NCBI GenBank assembly: GCA_036479435.1
Contig: JAZGFI010000170.1
Location: 1 to 64,000, forward strand
Reading direction: 5' to 3'
From: Planctomycetota bacterium
GTDB lineage: Bacteria > Planctomycetota > GCA-002687715 > DRQF01
DNA length: 64,000 nucleotides
Numbering within the stretch: the stretch's first letter is position 1; each line of letters begins with the position of its first letter. This document shows, one piece after another, positions 21,149 through 30,012 of this stretch. The translations under genes were made by a program, and so were the position numbers. The notes below the pieces were generated by a model. It searched no databases. It saw only the letters and a list, made by a program, of their open reading frames with translations, and was not told the DNA's origin.

Positions 21149-22372
21149 ATGAACTTGAAATTACTGATCATGGCGCTCTTGCTGAGCGCGGTCGCTCTGT
21201 CGACCACCTTGGCGCAAACGAGTAAACCGGCGAGCAAGCCGACGAGCCAAACAAGCGTCGAAGATGCCGGTGAAACCATGAAGGCGCTTCGGACGGCCTT
21301 TGAGAAGAAGTCGATGGAAGTCTTCGGCGAGTTCCAAAAAATTAGGTCCACGATGAGTCCTGAGGAGATGCAAGCTTGGGTCGACAAGAACCGACCGAAG
21401 TTCGCGGAGGTTGGAGTGCCGCTTCAAAAGCTGATTCTCGCGAATCCGAAGCACGAGCAGAGTCAAGAATCTCTCTCGTGGATGATGAGCCGAGGACAAG
21501 ACGATGCTCTGGGAGACTGGGCGGTAGACCAGGCCTTAGCGAAGTATTCCGACAGAAAATGCGCCGGGGACGCCTTCGAGGTGTTGCAAAATGACATTCG
21601 AGTCAAGGCGACTAAAAAGCTCGAGCAGCTCGCCAAGAGTCAAAATGCTAGCCAGAGCGTACGCGCCCTGTTCGCTTTGGCCGGTCAGCTCAAGGCGCGC
21701 TCCAAGTTTGTTGAGGCGGCACCTGGGTTTAGTGGGGCACAAAAAAAGAGCATCGTGAAGGCCTTCGGCCAAGACGAACTCGATGCGGCCCTCAAGAGCG
21801 ACGCCAGCAAGCTCGTGGCCAGATCCGAAGCGACTTTGCTTGCCGTGATCGCTCATCCCGCCGCTAAATCCACGAAGTTAAATGGACAAGCGATCGAAGC
21901 ACTCGCGCAGCAACAGCTCGATAGGATGCAATCTTTGACCGTGGGCAAGATGGCACCCGAGATTACAGGAGCCGACGTCGATGGCGCCAAGTTCAAACTT
22001 AGCGACTATCGCGGTAAAGTTGTTCTGCTCGATTTTTGGGGCACTTGGTGAGGACCTTGTGTGGCCATGTTGCCCCACGAGCGGTCGCTCGTCAGTAGTT
22101 ACAAAAACCGTCCCTTCGCCCTCGTTGGAGTCCAAGTGGGAGACGCGCCCGAAAAGGCGAAGTCTTTCGCCAAAGAGAACTCCATTACTTGGCGCTCTTT
22201 CTTCGACCAAGCCGGAGCCATCGCCAATGCTTGGGGCGTTGAAGGCTACCCTTCGCTGTACTTGATCGATCACGAGGGCATTCTTCGCGAAGCCGCTTTC
22301 CGTGGCGAAGACAAGGTCGACGAGTTCGTCGCCAAGTACGTCGCCATCGCCGAAAAGGCCATGAAGAAGTAA
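21149..22372 (+). CDS. Exported TlpA/redoxin-family selenoprotein (UxxC); Sec at UGA 22049-22051
   Basis: ORFs 20957-22051 and 22061-22372 are in the same frame, joined as DFWGTW-TGA-GPC-VAMLPHE. The TGA occupies the first Cys of WCxxC. LSDYRGKVVLLDFW precedes it and WGVEGYPSLYLID (cis-Pro loop) follows. Signal peptide MNLKLLIMALLL. Confidence 0.9.
22077..22092 (+). promoter_or_regulatory. Bacterial SECIS-like hairpin
   Basis: ACGAGC-GGTC-GCTCGT is a perfect 6-bp stem with a G-first loop starting 31 nt after the UGA. Confidence 0.75.
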
Positions 22373-22402
22373 AGTTGAACGCGTTCAGTCGCACTGATTG
22401 AC

Positions 22403-22445
22403 CCGCCGCGGAGTGAGCACAGCTCGCTGCGCGGCGGTTTTTCTT
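22403..22445 (+). terminator. Intrinsic terminator after the redoxin
   Basis: CCGCCGCG..AGTGAGC-ACA-GCTCGCT..CGCGGCGG followed by TTTTTCTT. Confidence 0.75.
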
Positions 22446-22472
22446 GGGTCCAAACCAAACGGGAGTAGCGCT

Positions 22473-24086
22473 CTACTTCTGCTGGCCGAGTTTCCGATCA
22501 CAAAGGGCGATCTGTGCATCCAAGACCTTGAGCACGCCGTCTTGGCCCCGGTAGTGGGGCTCTTGGCGCAAACGTAGGTAGAGGCTACGAGCACGAGCGA
22601 ACTGATTTTTCCCCATCAACCAGCTGGCGCAAGCGAGAGCGGCGTTCGAAAAGAACGGGCCGCTCAGTCGAGGGTGCGCGCGGACGTGGGTTTCGACTTT
22701 TCCAAAGTCCGCGGGATTGCCGATCTGGCCCATGAGTTGCCGTAAGAAATCCATCGCGGCCTTGTCGCGGGCCGTCTTTTCGCGGAACTCGCGAAAGACT
22801 AGGGCTGCGGCATTGAGAGTTCCCTCGTGCAGGGTTTTTGCGTCGCGGTTACGAAACTGGAATTTCAATTCCTTCGCGCTGACGTCGAGTCGAAGGTAGG
22901 AGTAAGGGGCTCCTTGATCCCACAGCAAACCCGGATGCGGCTGATTGGCGGCCCCGATAATGCGTCCGTGCATCGGTGAGCTAATGAACTCGTGAAGGCG
23001 ATAGCCGGCGGACTTTTCGCTGAGGTGGCTAAGGTGGCGGGAACGGTGAATGTCACCTCCGATTAGCACGACGCCAGAGATTTTTTCTTCACCGATGAAG
23101 CGAAACAGCGCCTCCCGCTCGGCGGGATAACTCGCCCAATGGTCGGGCTTTCCTGGTCTTACCGCGCCGTTCCAGATCATCCCGCAAGCGAGGATCTTAA
23201 ACGGTGCGCGGCTTTTCCTAAGACTCTCGGTTAGCCACTGCCACTGATCTTTGCCGAGCAGAGTTGGCGTTCCGGGCGCAGCGCTGGAATCTTCAGTAGC
23301 GGCAAAAGTGCGCGTATCGAGCAAAAAAACCTCGGCGGCACCGCAGCTAAATCGTTGATAGATGCCCGCATGCTTGCCGGGATCATTCGGATGGCGGCGA
23401 TACTCAATGAACGCGCGGCGTGAATTCTCTTTGCCCGGCAGATTCCCGTCGCTGTCGTTGCGGCCAAAATCGTGGTCGTCCCAGATGGAGTACAGCGGTG
23501 TGCGGCGAACGACGCGAGCCAAAGCTCCCCAGCCTGCGAATTCTCGGTAGCGCCGGCGCTGGACCGAAAGGCGCGTGGTGTCGATGTAAGGCGTATCGCC
23601 CAAAAGCACCAAGGCATCGGGCCTATCTTCGCCGATGCGTTCTAAGACGCGGCCGGTTGCTTCATTTTCGTCGGCGCAGGATGCGAAGACGAGGCGGGTT
23701 GACGCGCGCCTTCGCGGCGGAGTGCGGACAAAAAGCGCCGAGCCGGCCATAAAGGAGCCAGTGCTGGTCAACAGCCGGATACCGTAGAGCGTGTCGGGAT
23801 GGAGCTTTCTTAGTCGAATTGTCGCGCAGAAATCTCGTTTTTCGAGCGCGATCAGGTCGATGAGAACGGGATTAGTCGGCTCAGGACTTTCGAACTTGCT
23901 GAGTTCGACTTGGTAGCGCCCTTCGCGGTCGAACCTGAACCACAGTTCGCATTGGGTGGCGTCGCGCTGCAGTAGCACCGGGCCTTGAAGGAGTGCGCCC
24001 TGAGGCGCCTCACTTTGCGCGGCTATTGACGCCAGCAAGATCAATGAAAAGGATAGAGCCACAAGTTGAAAGGGAATTTTGGGCAT
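22473..24086 (-). CDS. phoD: PhoD-family alkaline phosphatase with a helical C-terminal extension
   Basis: FASC, LLGDTPY, IWDDHDF, LLDTR, LLGKDQWQWL, GGDIH. Sec-pathway-type signal peptide. Confidence 0.85.
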   Translation of the reverse strand: MPKIPFQLVALSFSLILLASIAAQSEAPQGALLQGPVLLQRDATQCELWFRFDREGRYQVELSKFESPEPTNPVLIDLIALEKRDFCATIRLRKLHPDTLYGIRLLTSTGSFMAGSALFVRTPPRRRASTRLVFASCADENEATGRVLERIGEDRPDALVLLGDTPYIDTTRLSVQRRRYREFAGWGALARVVRRTPLYSIWDDHDFGRNDSDGNLPGKENSRRAFIEYRRHPNDPGKHAGIYQRFSCGAAEVFLLDTRTFAATEDSSAAPGTPTLLGKDQWQWLTESLRKSRAPFKILACGMIWNGAVRPGKPDHWASYPAEREALFRFIGEEKISGVVLIGGDIHRSRHLSHLSEKSAGYRLHEFISSPMHGRIIGAANQPHPGLLWDQGAPYSYLRLDVSAKELKFQFRNRDAKTLHEGTLNAAALVFREFREKTARDKAAMDFLRQLMGQIGNPADFGKVETHVRAHPRLSGPFFSNAALACASWLMGKNQFARARSLYLRLRQEPHYRGQDGVLKVLDAQIALCDRKLGQQK

Positions 24087-24122
24087 GGTGAGGCTCGATG
24101 GAGAATGACGAGTCCCGAGACT

Positions 24123-24968
24123 TTACTCCAGTCTCAGAGTCTTGGCGAGCGAGCGCTGCGTGTCTTTCGTCAAGCCCAGTTCGTCGATGCTAATCCCCAG
24201 TTGCTCCGGAGATCCCCAATTTGCGAACCAGGCATTGAGCCGCATCGTGGCCGTGGAGTTGACGTAGTCTTTAAGATTGGGGTAAATCGCTTGCAGCTCG
24301 GCGTCAATCTGCTGGTAGCGGCGTAGTTGGTATTTTTGATGATAGTCTTCCGCGAGCCAGAACTTGAATTCAGATTCGATGGCCGTGGTCGTCGGCCGGT
24401 TTTTTTCTTCTGCGACTTTGGCTAAGGCCGCTCGCGAGATGTCGGCTTGACGCGCATTGTGCGCGAAGACGACGGAGCGGTATTGCTTGGACCAACTGGG
24501 ACCGGTTGCGTCATGCGCGCCTATGAACACTTGGACGAGTTCTTCGTAGTCGATGACCGAGGGGTCGAAGTCGATCTCGATCGTCTCGCTGTGATCGGCA
24601 ATCCTGCGGTAGGTTGGCGATGGCGAACTGCCGCCGCAGTAGCCGACTCGGGTGCGGATGACTCCAGGAAGACCCCCAAACTGGGCGTCGGGTCCCCAAA
24701 ATCAACCGAGCCCGAATGTCGCCGTCTCAAAGGCTGAAGGCGCCTTTTGGTCGAGGATGGGGCGCCTATAACGAAGCGTGAACTCTGGTTTGGGGCGGAT
24801 TTCTGGAGACGGCATGATCGGGGCGCTCCTGAAGCTTGATGCGGCGGGCTGAGGGCTGGGCTTTGATGTGGGGCCCTTGGTTATGATTTTGACTTGGCGC
24901 GGATTTGAGCCACAGGAGAAAAGTGCCAAGAGCAGGCAGCCTAAGGCGAGCGCGGCTATTGATTTCAT
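24123..24968 (-). CDS. msrA: Lipoprotein peptide-methionine (S)-S-oxide reductase MsrA, selenoprotein; Sec at UGA 24704-24702
   Basis: ORFs 24702-25049 and 24123-24530 are in frame and read ETATFGLG-TGA-FWGPDAQFGGLPGVIRTRVGYCGG...PTY...DHSETIEIDFDP...QYRS...AEDYHQKY. The TGA replaces the Cys of GCFWG. Lipobox LFSC. Confidence 0.92.
24671..24694 (-). promoter_or_regulatory. SECIS-like hairpin of msrA
   Basis: Minus strand GACC-CGACG-CCCA-GTT-TGGG-GGTC; the apical G lies about 20 nt after the UGA. Confidence 0.5.
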
Positions 24969-25067
24969 GGCGTGATTCCCCAATATTCCCTTCGCTAGCA
25001 GACGGCCATCATAAGATGTTTTGGACCCGGGCACGATTTTCCCCGCCAAAACGCCAGGAGACGACTT

Positions 25068-25907
25068 GTGTCTGAATTTCGCGGAACTGAATCCTATGTC
25101 GCCACCGAAGATCTGATGATCTCAGTGAACGCTGCCCTGGCCCTAGAGCGCCCGCTGCTGGTCAAAGGCGAGCCGGGCACTGGCAAGACTCAGTTGGCCC
25201 ATGAAGTCGCGGCCAGTTTGGGCAAGTCGCTTTTGACCTGGCACATCAAGTCGACCACCAAGGCTCAGCAGGGGCTCTACGAGTACGATGCCGTAGCGCG
25301 CCTGCGCGACTCCCAGCTCGGTGATCCTCGCGTTGGTGACATTGAAAGCTACCTGGTGAAAGGACCACTTTGGGAAGCCTTCGAAGATCGGACAGGAGCG
25401 GTCTTGTTGATCGATGAAGTCGACAAGGCGGACCTGGAGTTTCCCAACGACTTGTTGCTCGAACTCGACGCCATGCAGTTTTATGTCTACGAGACCAAAA
25501 AAACCATCAAGGCCGAAAAGCGGCCCTTGGTCATCATCACGTCCAACAACGAAAAAGAACTGCCCGACGCTTTTCTGCGGCGCTGCTTTTTTCACTACAT
25601 ACGCTTTCCCGATCGGGGCACTATGCGCGCCATTGTGGCCGTCCACTTTCCTGATCTTCGCGCCAAGCTACTCGAGAGTGCTTTGGAGGTTTTCTACGGA
25701 CTTCGCGAGGTCTCGGGCTTGAAGAAGAAACCCTCGACCTCTGAGCTCCTCGATTGGTTGAAGTTACTGGACTCTGAGTCCGACGGACTCAGCTTGTTGA
25801 AAGACGGTGAGGAAGGGCTTCCCCCGCGGCTCGGTGCCTTGCTGAAGAACGAACAAGACCAGGCCTTGTTGCGTTACCGCGCCGAGACTCGCGGCAGCGC
25901 GCTATAG
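25068..25907 (+). CDS. MoxR-family AAA+ ATPase (CoxD-like)
   Basis: GEPGTGKT, LYEYDAVARLRDSQL, LLIDEVDKAD, ELPDAFLRRC. Confidence 0.93.
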   Translation: MSEFRGTESYVATEDLMISVNAALALERPLLVKGEPGTGKTQLAHEVAASLGKSLLTWHIKSTTKAQQGLYEYDAVARLRDSQLGDPRVGDIESYLVKGPLWEAFEDRTGAVLLIDEVDKADLEFPNDLLLELDAMQFYVYETKKTIKAEKRPLVIITSNNEKELPDAFLRRCFFHYIRFPDRGTMRAIVAVHFPDLRAKLLESALEVFYGLREVSGLKKKPSTSELLDWLKLLDSESDGLSLLKDGEEGLPPRLGALLKNEQDQALLRYRAETRGSAL

Positions 25908-25913
25908 ACCGCG

Positions 25914-27122
25914 ATGTTTCTCGACTTCTTCGATGATCTGAAGGCGCAAGGTATTCCGGTCACGCTCCGCGAATACCTCGACCTTCTGGCAGCCCTGTTG
26001 GCTGGGCTCGGTGGTTTTTCCTTGGAGCGCTTTTACTACTTGTCGCGCACGGTGCTGGTGAAAGACGAAAAGCACTTTGATCGCTTTGATCAGGTCTTCA
26101 AACATCGTTTCGAGGGATACGCGGCTCCCGCCGCATTGGACCCTCAGGCTTTGCCCGCGGAGTGGCTAGAAAACCTCAGCGAGACTTTTCTAAGCGAAGC
26201 GAAGCGACGTCAAGCGCAAGAACGGGGTAGTTTCGACGAGATTCTTGAGGAACTGAGGAAAAGACTGGCCGAACAAAAAGAACGTCATGCGGGTGGCTCG
26301 AAGTGGATTGGGACGGAGGGCACCTCGCCTTTCGGCGCCAACGGCTATAACCCCGCCGGCGTTCGCATTGGGGCGAACGGGCCCGGCCAGCAGCGCGCCC
26401 TCAAAGTCTGGGATGAGCGCCAGTACTCGAACCTCGACGACCGGCGCGAGATTGGCACTCGCAACTTCAAGGTCGCCTTGCGTCGACTCCGTTCCTTCGT
26501 GAGAGAGGGCGCCGAAGAAGAGTTTGACTTGGACGCGACGATTAAGGCTACGGCGGCGAGCGGGGGATTGCTGGATGTCGTCATGCGTCCCGAGAAACGC
26601 AACAAGACGCGACTGTTGATGTTGCTGGATGTCGGCGGTTCGATGGACCGTTACGTGAAACTAACGGAGGAGCTCTTTTCCGCGGCTCGGTCTGAGTTTG
26701 CAGACTTGCAGTTTTTCTATTTTCACAACTGCGTTTACGAAACCTTGTGGCGTGACAATCCGCGAAGGCCGGCGGCCGAGCTGAGCACGCAGGATCTTTT
26801 GGCGACTTTCGGGACCGACTACACCTTGATTGTCGTCGGTGACGCCTCGATGAGCCCCTATGAGATCATCGAAGTGGGGGGAAGCGTTGAGCACTGGAAT
26901 CAAAAAAGCGGCGAGTATTGGCTCGGTCAGCTGCTTGCGCATTTCCCCAAGCGGATTTGGCTCAACCCGATTCCGGAATCTGATTGGTTGTACACCACGT
27001 CTATTGGCATGGTCCGCGCTCTCGCCAAGGGTCAAATGGAAGAACTCAGCGTCGCCGGACTTGACCGCGCGTTTGGTTTTCTCCGCGGCAGGGTTCAGAC
27101 GTCGAGGCCAAGGGCTCGGTAA
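25914..27122 (+). CDS. VWA-domain protein (CoxE-like), MoxR partner
   Basis: GGSKWIGTEGTSPFG, MIDAS-like DVGGSM, YFHNCVYE, VGDASMSPYE, WLNP. Confidence 0.9.
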   Translation: MFLDFFDDLKAQGIPVTLREYLDLLAALLAGLGGFSLERFYYLSRTVLVKDEKHFDRFDQVFKHRFEGYAAPAALDPQALPAEWLENLSETFLSEAKRRQAQERGSFDEILEELRKRLAEQKERHAGGSKWIGTEGTSPFGANGYNPAGVRIGANGPGQQRALKVWDERQYSNLDDRREIGTRNFKVALRRLRSFVREGAEEEFDLDATIKATAASGGLLDVVMRPEKRNKTRLLMLLDVGGSMDRYVKLTEELFSAARSEFADLQFFYFHNCVYETLWRDNPRRPAAELSTQDLLATFGTDYTLIVVGDASMSPYEIIEVGGSVEHWNQKSGEYWLGQLLAHFPKRIWLNPIPESDWLYTTSIGMVRALAKGQMEELSVAGLDRAFGFLRGRVQTSRPRAR

Positions 27123-27952
27123 AAGTCCCGCACGACGCGCGACTTTTTCGCCAGCCTTGGGTGTTTGGCGCAGAGTTTTGCCAAGGCCGCCGGACGGGTC
27201 AGCAGCCACTTCGTCACCGTGTTGAAGTCGTTCTCCAAGCTGCTGGTCGAATAGGGCGTCAAGAATCCTCGCTTCAGCAATGATCGAGTTTGGCGGAAGA
27301 GGCCGGTCGTTCCCAACATCTCGACGCCACTGCCTTCGTAGTTCCAGCTCGCTTCGTTGGCCTTGAGCCAGCGTTTGCGGGCGAACAGATCAGGGTAGTA
27401 TGTCAAGAGGATGCTGGAAAATTCGGCGTGCAGCAGATCCAGCAAGAAGGCGTCGTCATATCCCAGGCTCTCGCCCTTGCTGGTGACGAAAATCGTCGAC
27501 TCCGAGTAGGTTCCCCCGTAGCCCTTGCCTTCGAACTCGAGGTTTTTGGCGAGGACGATTCGCTTGAGGTTGTAGCGCACGAGAGTCCGCGGATAGGCGT
27601 TCAAGAAAGTCTCGATGATCGGCAGATAGCGGAGCGCTTCTTCGAGCGCGATCTGGGTGCTTCGGCCGCCGCTCATGGCGCGCCAAGGAGCGGAGAAGTC
27701 GCGATCGGCGTCGAGCTGGAGGACGACCGCGACGCCCGTCTTTTCACGAACGAGGGCCGCGTCATGATGGAGTTGGCGGATTTGCTCGGCTTCGGCCTTT
27801 GAGACCCGGCCGTTTGATCCCGAGGGTACCCAAGAAGTCTCCGTTCGCGGGGACTCGGATTGAGCGGACGGAATGACCGAGCAGGCGAGAGCAAACGTTA
27901 AGGCGAAGAGGGGAAGGATGGGCACCTTGACCAAGGTTAACGGTGATCTCAT
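27095..27952 (-). CDS. Exported hypothetical protein, possibly with a degenerate zincin-like fold
   Basis: Signal or lipoprotein-like N-terminus (LALAC). HAEFSS at an HExxH-like position; GFLTPYSTSSLENDF. Confidence 0.6.
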   Translation of the reverse strand: MRSPLTLVKVPILPLFALTFALACSVIPSAQSESPRTETSWVPSGSNGRVSKAEAEQIRQLHHDAALVREKTGVAVVLQLDADRDFSAPWRAMSGGRSTQIALEEALRYLPIIETFLNAYPRTLVRYNLKRIVLAKNLEFEGKGYGGTYSESTIFVTSKGESLGYDDAFLLDLLHAEFSSILLTYYPDLFARKRWLKANEASWNYEGSGVEMLGTTGLFRQTRSLLKRGFLTPYSTSSLENDFNTVTKWLLTRPAALAKLCAKHPRLAKKSRVVRDFYRALGLDV

Positions 27953-28003
27953 GTGATTAGAGTAGTTGAGAGTCGCCGCCAGATATAGCCACCGCGATCC
28001 CAG

Positions 28004-28040
28004 AAAAAAACGTTGGACTCTCGGGCTCGAGAATCCAACG
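28004..28040 (-). terminator. Intrinsic terminator, minus strand
   Basis: CGTTGGATTCTCG-AGCC-CGAGAGTCCAACG followed by T7 on the minus strand. Confidence 0.8.
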
Positions 28041-28100
28041 CGGGGAAAGGTGCGTCATGTTGGGCAAGTAGATGACGGTCGGCTTGGCAAAGCCGACTTA

Positions 28101-28279
28101 GGGCTCAGTCAAGAATAACTTCACATTCTCGCCGCTCAGCTTCACGCCATCTTCGGTCCGTGCTCATTCGCGAGAATCCTCGAATACAGGAAGTATGCTG
28201 CGGTTCTCGCTCAATCGCCCGAACCGAAGTTGGCGCAAATCTGAGTGCGAACTCTGCGAACTTACTCTTGACCGAGCCC
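28101..28279. mobile_element. 179-bp palindromic MITE-like element with a TTA target-site duplication
   Basis: Ends GGGCTCAGTCAAGA...TCTTGACCGAGCCC. The arms pair imperfectly over about 87 bp. TTA occurs at both 28098-28100 and 28280-28282. Confidence 0.75.
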
Positions 28280-29434
28280 TTAGACCTTACGGGAAGACGG
28301 TCGTGGGGCCTTGCGGCATGGGCTCTTGAGCGCTCGGAAAGTACGCATGCCCTTGTTTGGGCGGAAAAGTTCGACTTCGACTTCTTCATCGTCGTCGGTG
28401 GCACGAATCGTTCTGCCGACGGCCTCAATCTTGTTGATCGGAGTACCGTTGACCTTGATGAGGATGTCACCAACTTGGATGCCGAGGCGTTCCGCGAGGC
28501 TGGCTTTGGCGACACTGTTGACGACCATGCCTTTTTCGCCGTCGAGCACCGAGGCCTTGTCGTCATCGATGGAGCTAACGGTGACGCCGAGCCGGCCCTT
28601 GTTCGAAGGCAGGCGGCGAGAGGGGAAATTGGGACGACTAGGAAGACGCGGCGCGAACAGGGAGCCTGGGCCCCGACCTTGACCTATGCCAGGAACCAAG
28701 TTCTTGCGCAATCTGTCGAACTGACCCTGAAAGTCGTCGAAGTTGAAATCTAGGTTCAGGTCTCCAAGCTGCGGAAACTGGAAGTTGCCAGGGCTGAACT
28801 TGAATTTCTCTTTGAGCTCGGGATTCTCACGATAAAGCTCTTCAAGGCTGTCGGCCTCGTAGGTCGAGCGCTGCTGATTGCCATCTTCGTCGGTCTCTTC
28901 GATCGTCATCGTGACATGACCTTCATCATCCGTCTTCATGGACATGTTCGTGCCCTGACCGGGAGTGCTGAGCTGCAGATTGAGCCCGCGGCCGCTAAAT
29001 AAGTCGTTGAGGTCGAGGCGCATGCCCGGAGTGTCGAGGTCCTCGTTATCGAACTTGAATTGGAACTCGCCGAGACCGTGGAGGAGGTCTTTCAAGTTGT
29101 CGTGCCGGTCCTGGTTTTGGCCAAGACCGAGGCCGCGGTGACGCCTCAGGCGGCTTTTTTTACCCTGCGAAGAGTGCAACTTTTGTAGCTTTTTTTTGAT
29201 CGCTCGCTTTTTGGTTTCGAGCTCGGCGAGCTTTTGTTTCAAAGCCGCGATCTTGGCCGCTTCGTCTTGGCGGTCGGCTCGCTCTTGGACTTTGGATGCG
29301 CGCCGCTCGGCGTCGATCTTGCGAAGTTCCTTCGAGTTGGCGTCGGCATCCGAGGCATCTTGTTGGCCAAAGGAAAGACCGGCACCGCCGAAGATGAGGC
29401 CGGTTAGCAATAAGGAGCTGAGAATGCGGTTCAT
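28280..29434 (-). CDS. Secreted coiled-coil and PDZ-domain protein
   Basis: Signal peptide, a heptad-rich segment, and a C-terminal PDZ domain (RLGVTV, SLAERLGIQVGDILIKVNG). Confidence 0.85.
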   Translation of the reverse strand: MNRILSSLLLTGLIFGGAGLSFGQQDASDADANSKELRKIDAERRASKVQERADRQDEAAKIAALKQKLAELETKKRAIKKKLQKLHSSQGKKSRLRRHRGLGLGQNQDRHDNLKDLLHGLGEFQFKFDNEDLDTPGMRLDLNDLFSGRGLNLQLSTPGQGTNMSMKTDDEGHVTMTIEETDEDGNQQRSTYEADSLEELYRENPELKEKFKFSPGNFQFPQLGDLNLDFNFDDFQGQFDRLRKNLVPGIGQGRGPGSLFAPRLPSRPNFPSRRLPSNKGRLGVTVSSIDDDKASVLDGEKGMVVNSVAKASLAERLGIQVGDILIKVNGTPINKIEAVGRTIRATDDDEEVEVELFRPNKGMRTFRALKSPCRKAPRPSSRKV

Positions 29435-29579
29435 CGTAAACCTCCGGGGAGTTGGGATTCGTTCACCCCTGGAGTACGGTCCTAGAGCCAGATTGACCCC
29501 CCGAAAGTCTTTGGAGGCGCTATTTTTTGGTCTGCGTCATTTGGCGTCCGAATGAGACCCTGCGACCGAGTGAATATCC

Positions 29580-29942
29580 ATGCCCAATCCCAGACGACGA
29601 TCCCTAGACTCTCAGGATTTCAACGCTCGAGCCGTGTTCTCCAGTGATGAAGGCGACATCAGCCGCCGCCCCGCCGAAGAAGCGCCCGCAAACGTCTCCG
29701 GAGACGGTGTGGTACGCATCCGACGTGAGACGGCACACCGTGGGGGCAAGACCGTGACGGTTGTGTTGGGCTTGCCGCTAGCCCCCAAAGAGCTGAAGGC
29801 GCTGGCGAAAAAACTCAAAGCGGCCTGCGGAACGGGCGGCTCAACGAAAGATGGCGTGGTGGAGATCCAAGGGGATCACCGCGAAAAGATCAAAGCCACT
29901 TTGGAGCGGCTTGGCTACGTCGTGAAGTTGGCGGGCGGTTAA
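29580..29942 (+). CDS. yciH: SUI1/YciH translation initiation factor homologue
   Basis: RGGKTVTVV, LKAACGTGGS, IQGDHRE. Confidence 0.92.
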   Translation: MPNPRRRSLDSQDFNARAVFSSDEGDISRRPAEEAPANVSGDGVVRIRRETAHRGGKTVTVVLGLPLAPKELKALAKKLKAACGTGGSTKDGVVEIQGDHREKIKATLERLGYVVKLAGG

Positions 29943-29952
29943 GCCTAAGGGC

Positions 29953-29986
29953 AAAAAAATGCTCGCCCTCCGAAGAGGGCGGGCAT
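29953..29986 (-). terminator. Intrinsic terminator between convergent genes
   Basis: ATGCTCGCCCTC-CGAA-GAGGGCGGGCAT with A7 on the left, which is a U-tract for the minus strand. Confidence 0.75.
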
Positions 29987-30012
29987 CCAATCCAAACCTG
30001 AATTGCTCTGGG

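Noticed and set aside
25068..27122. Carbon monoxide dehydrogenase (cox) cluster
   Set aside because: Only the generic MoxR/VWA pair is present; there are no coxMSL genes in the window.
28101..28279. 6S RNA (about 180-nt rod)
   Set aside because: It has no large central bubble, and the flanking TTA duplication favours a MITE.
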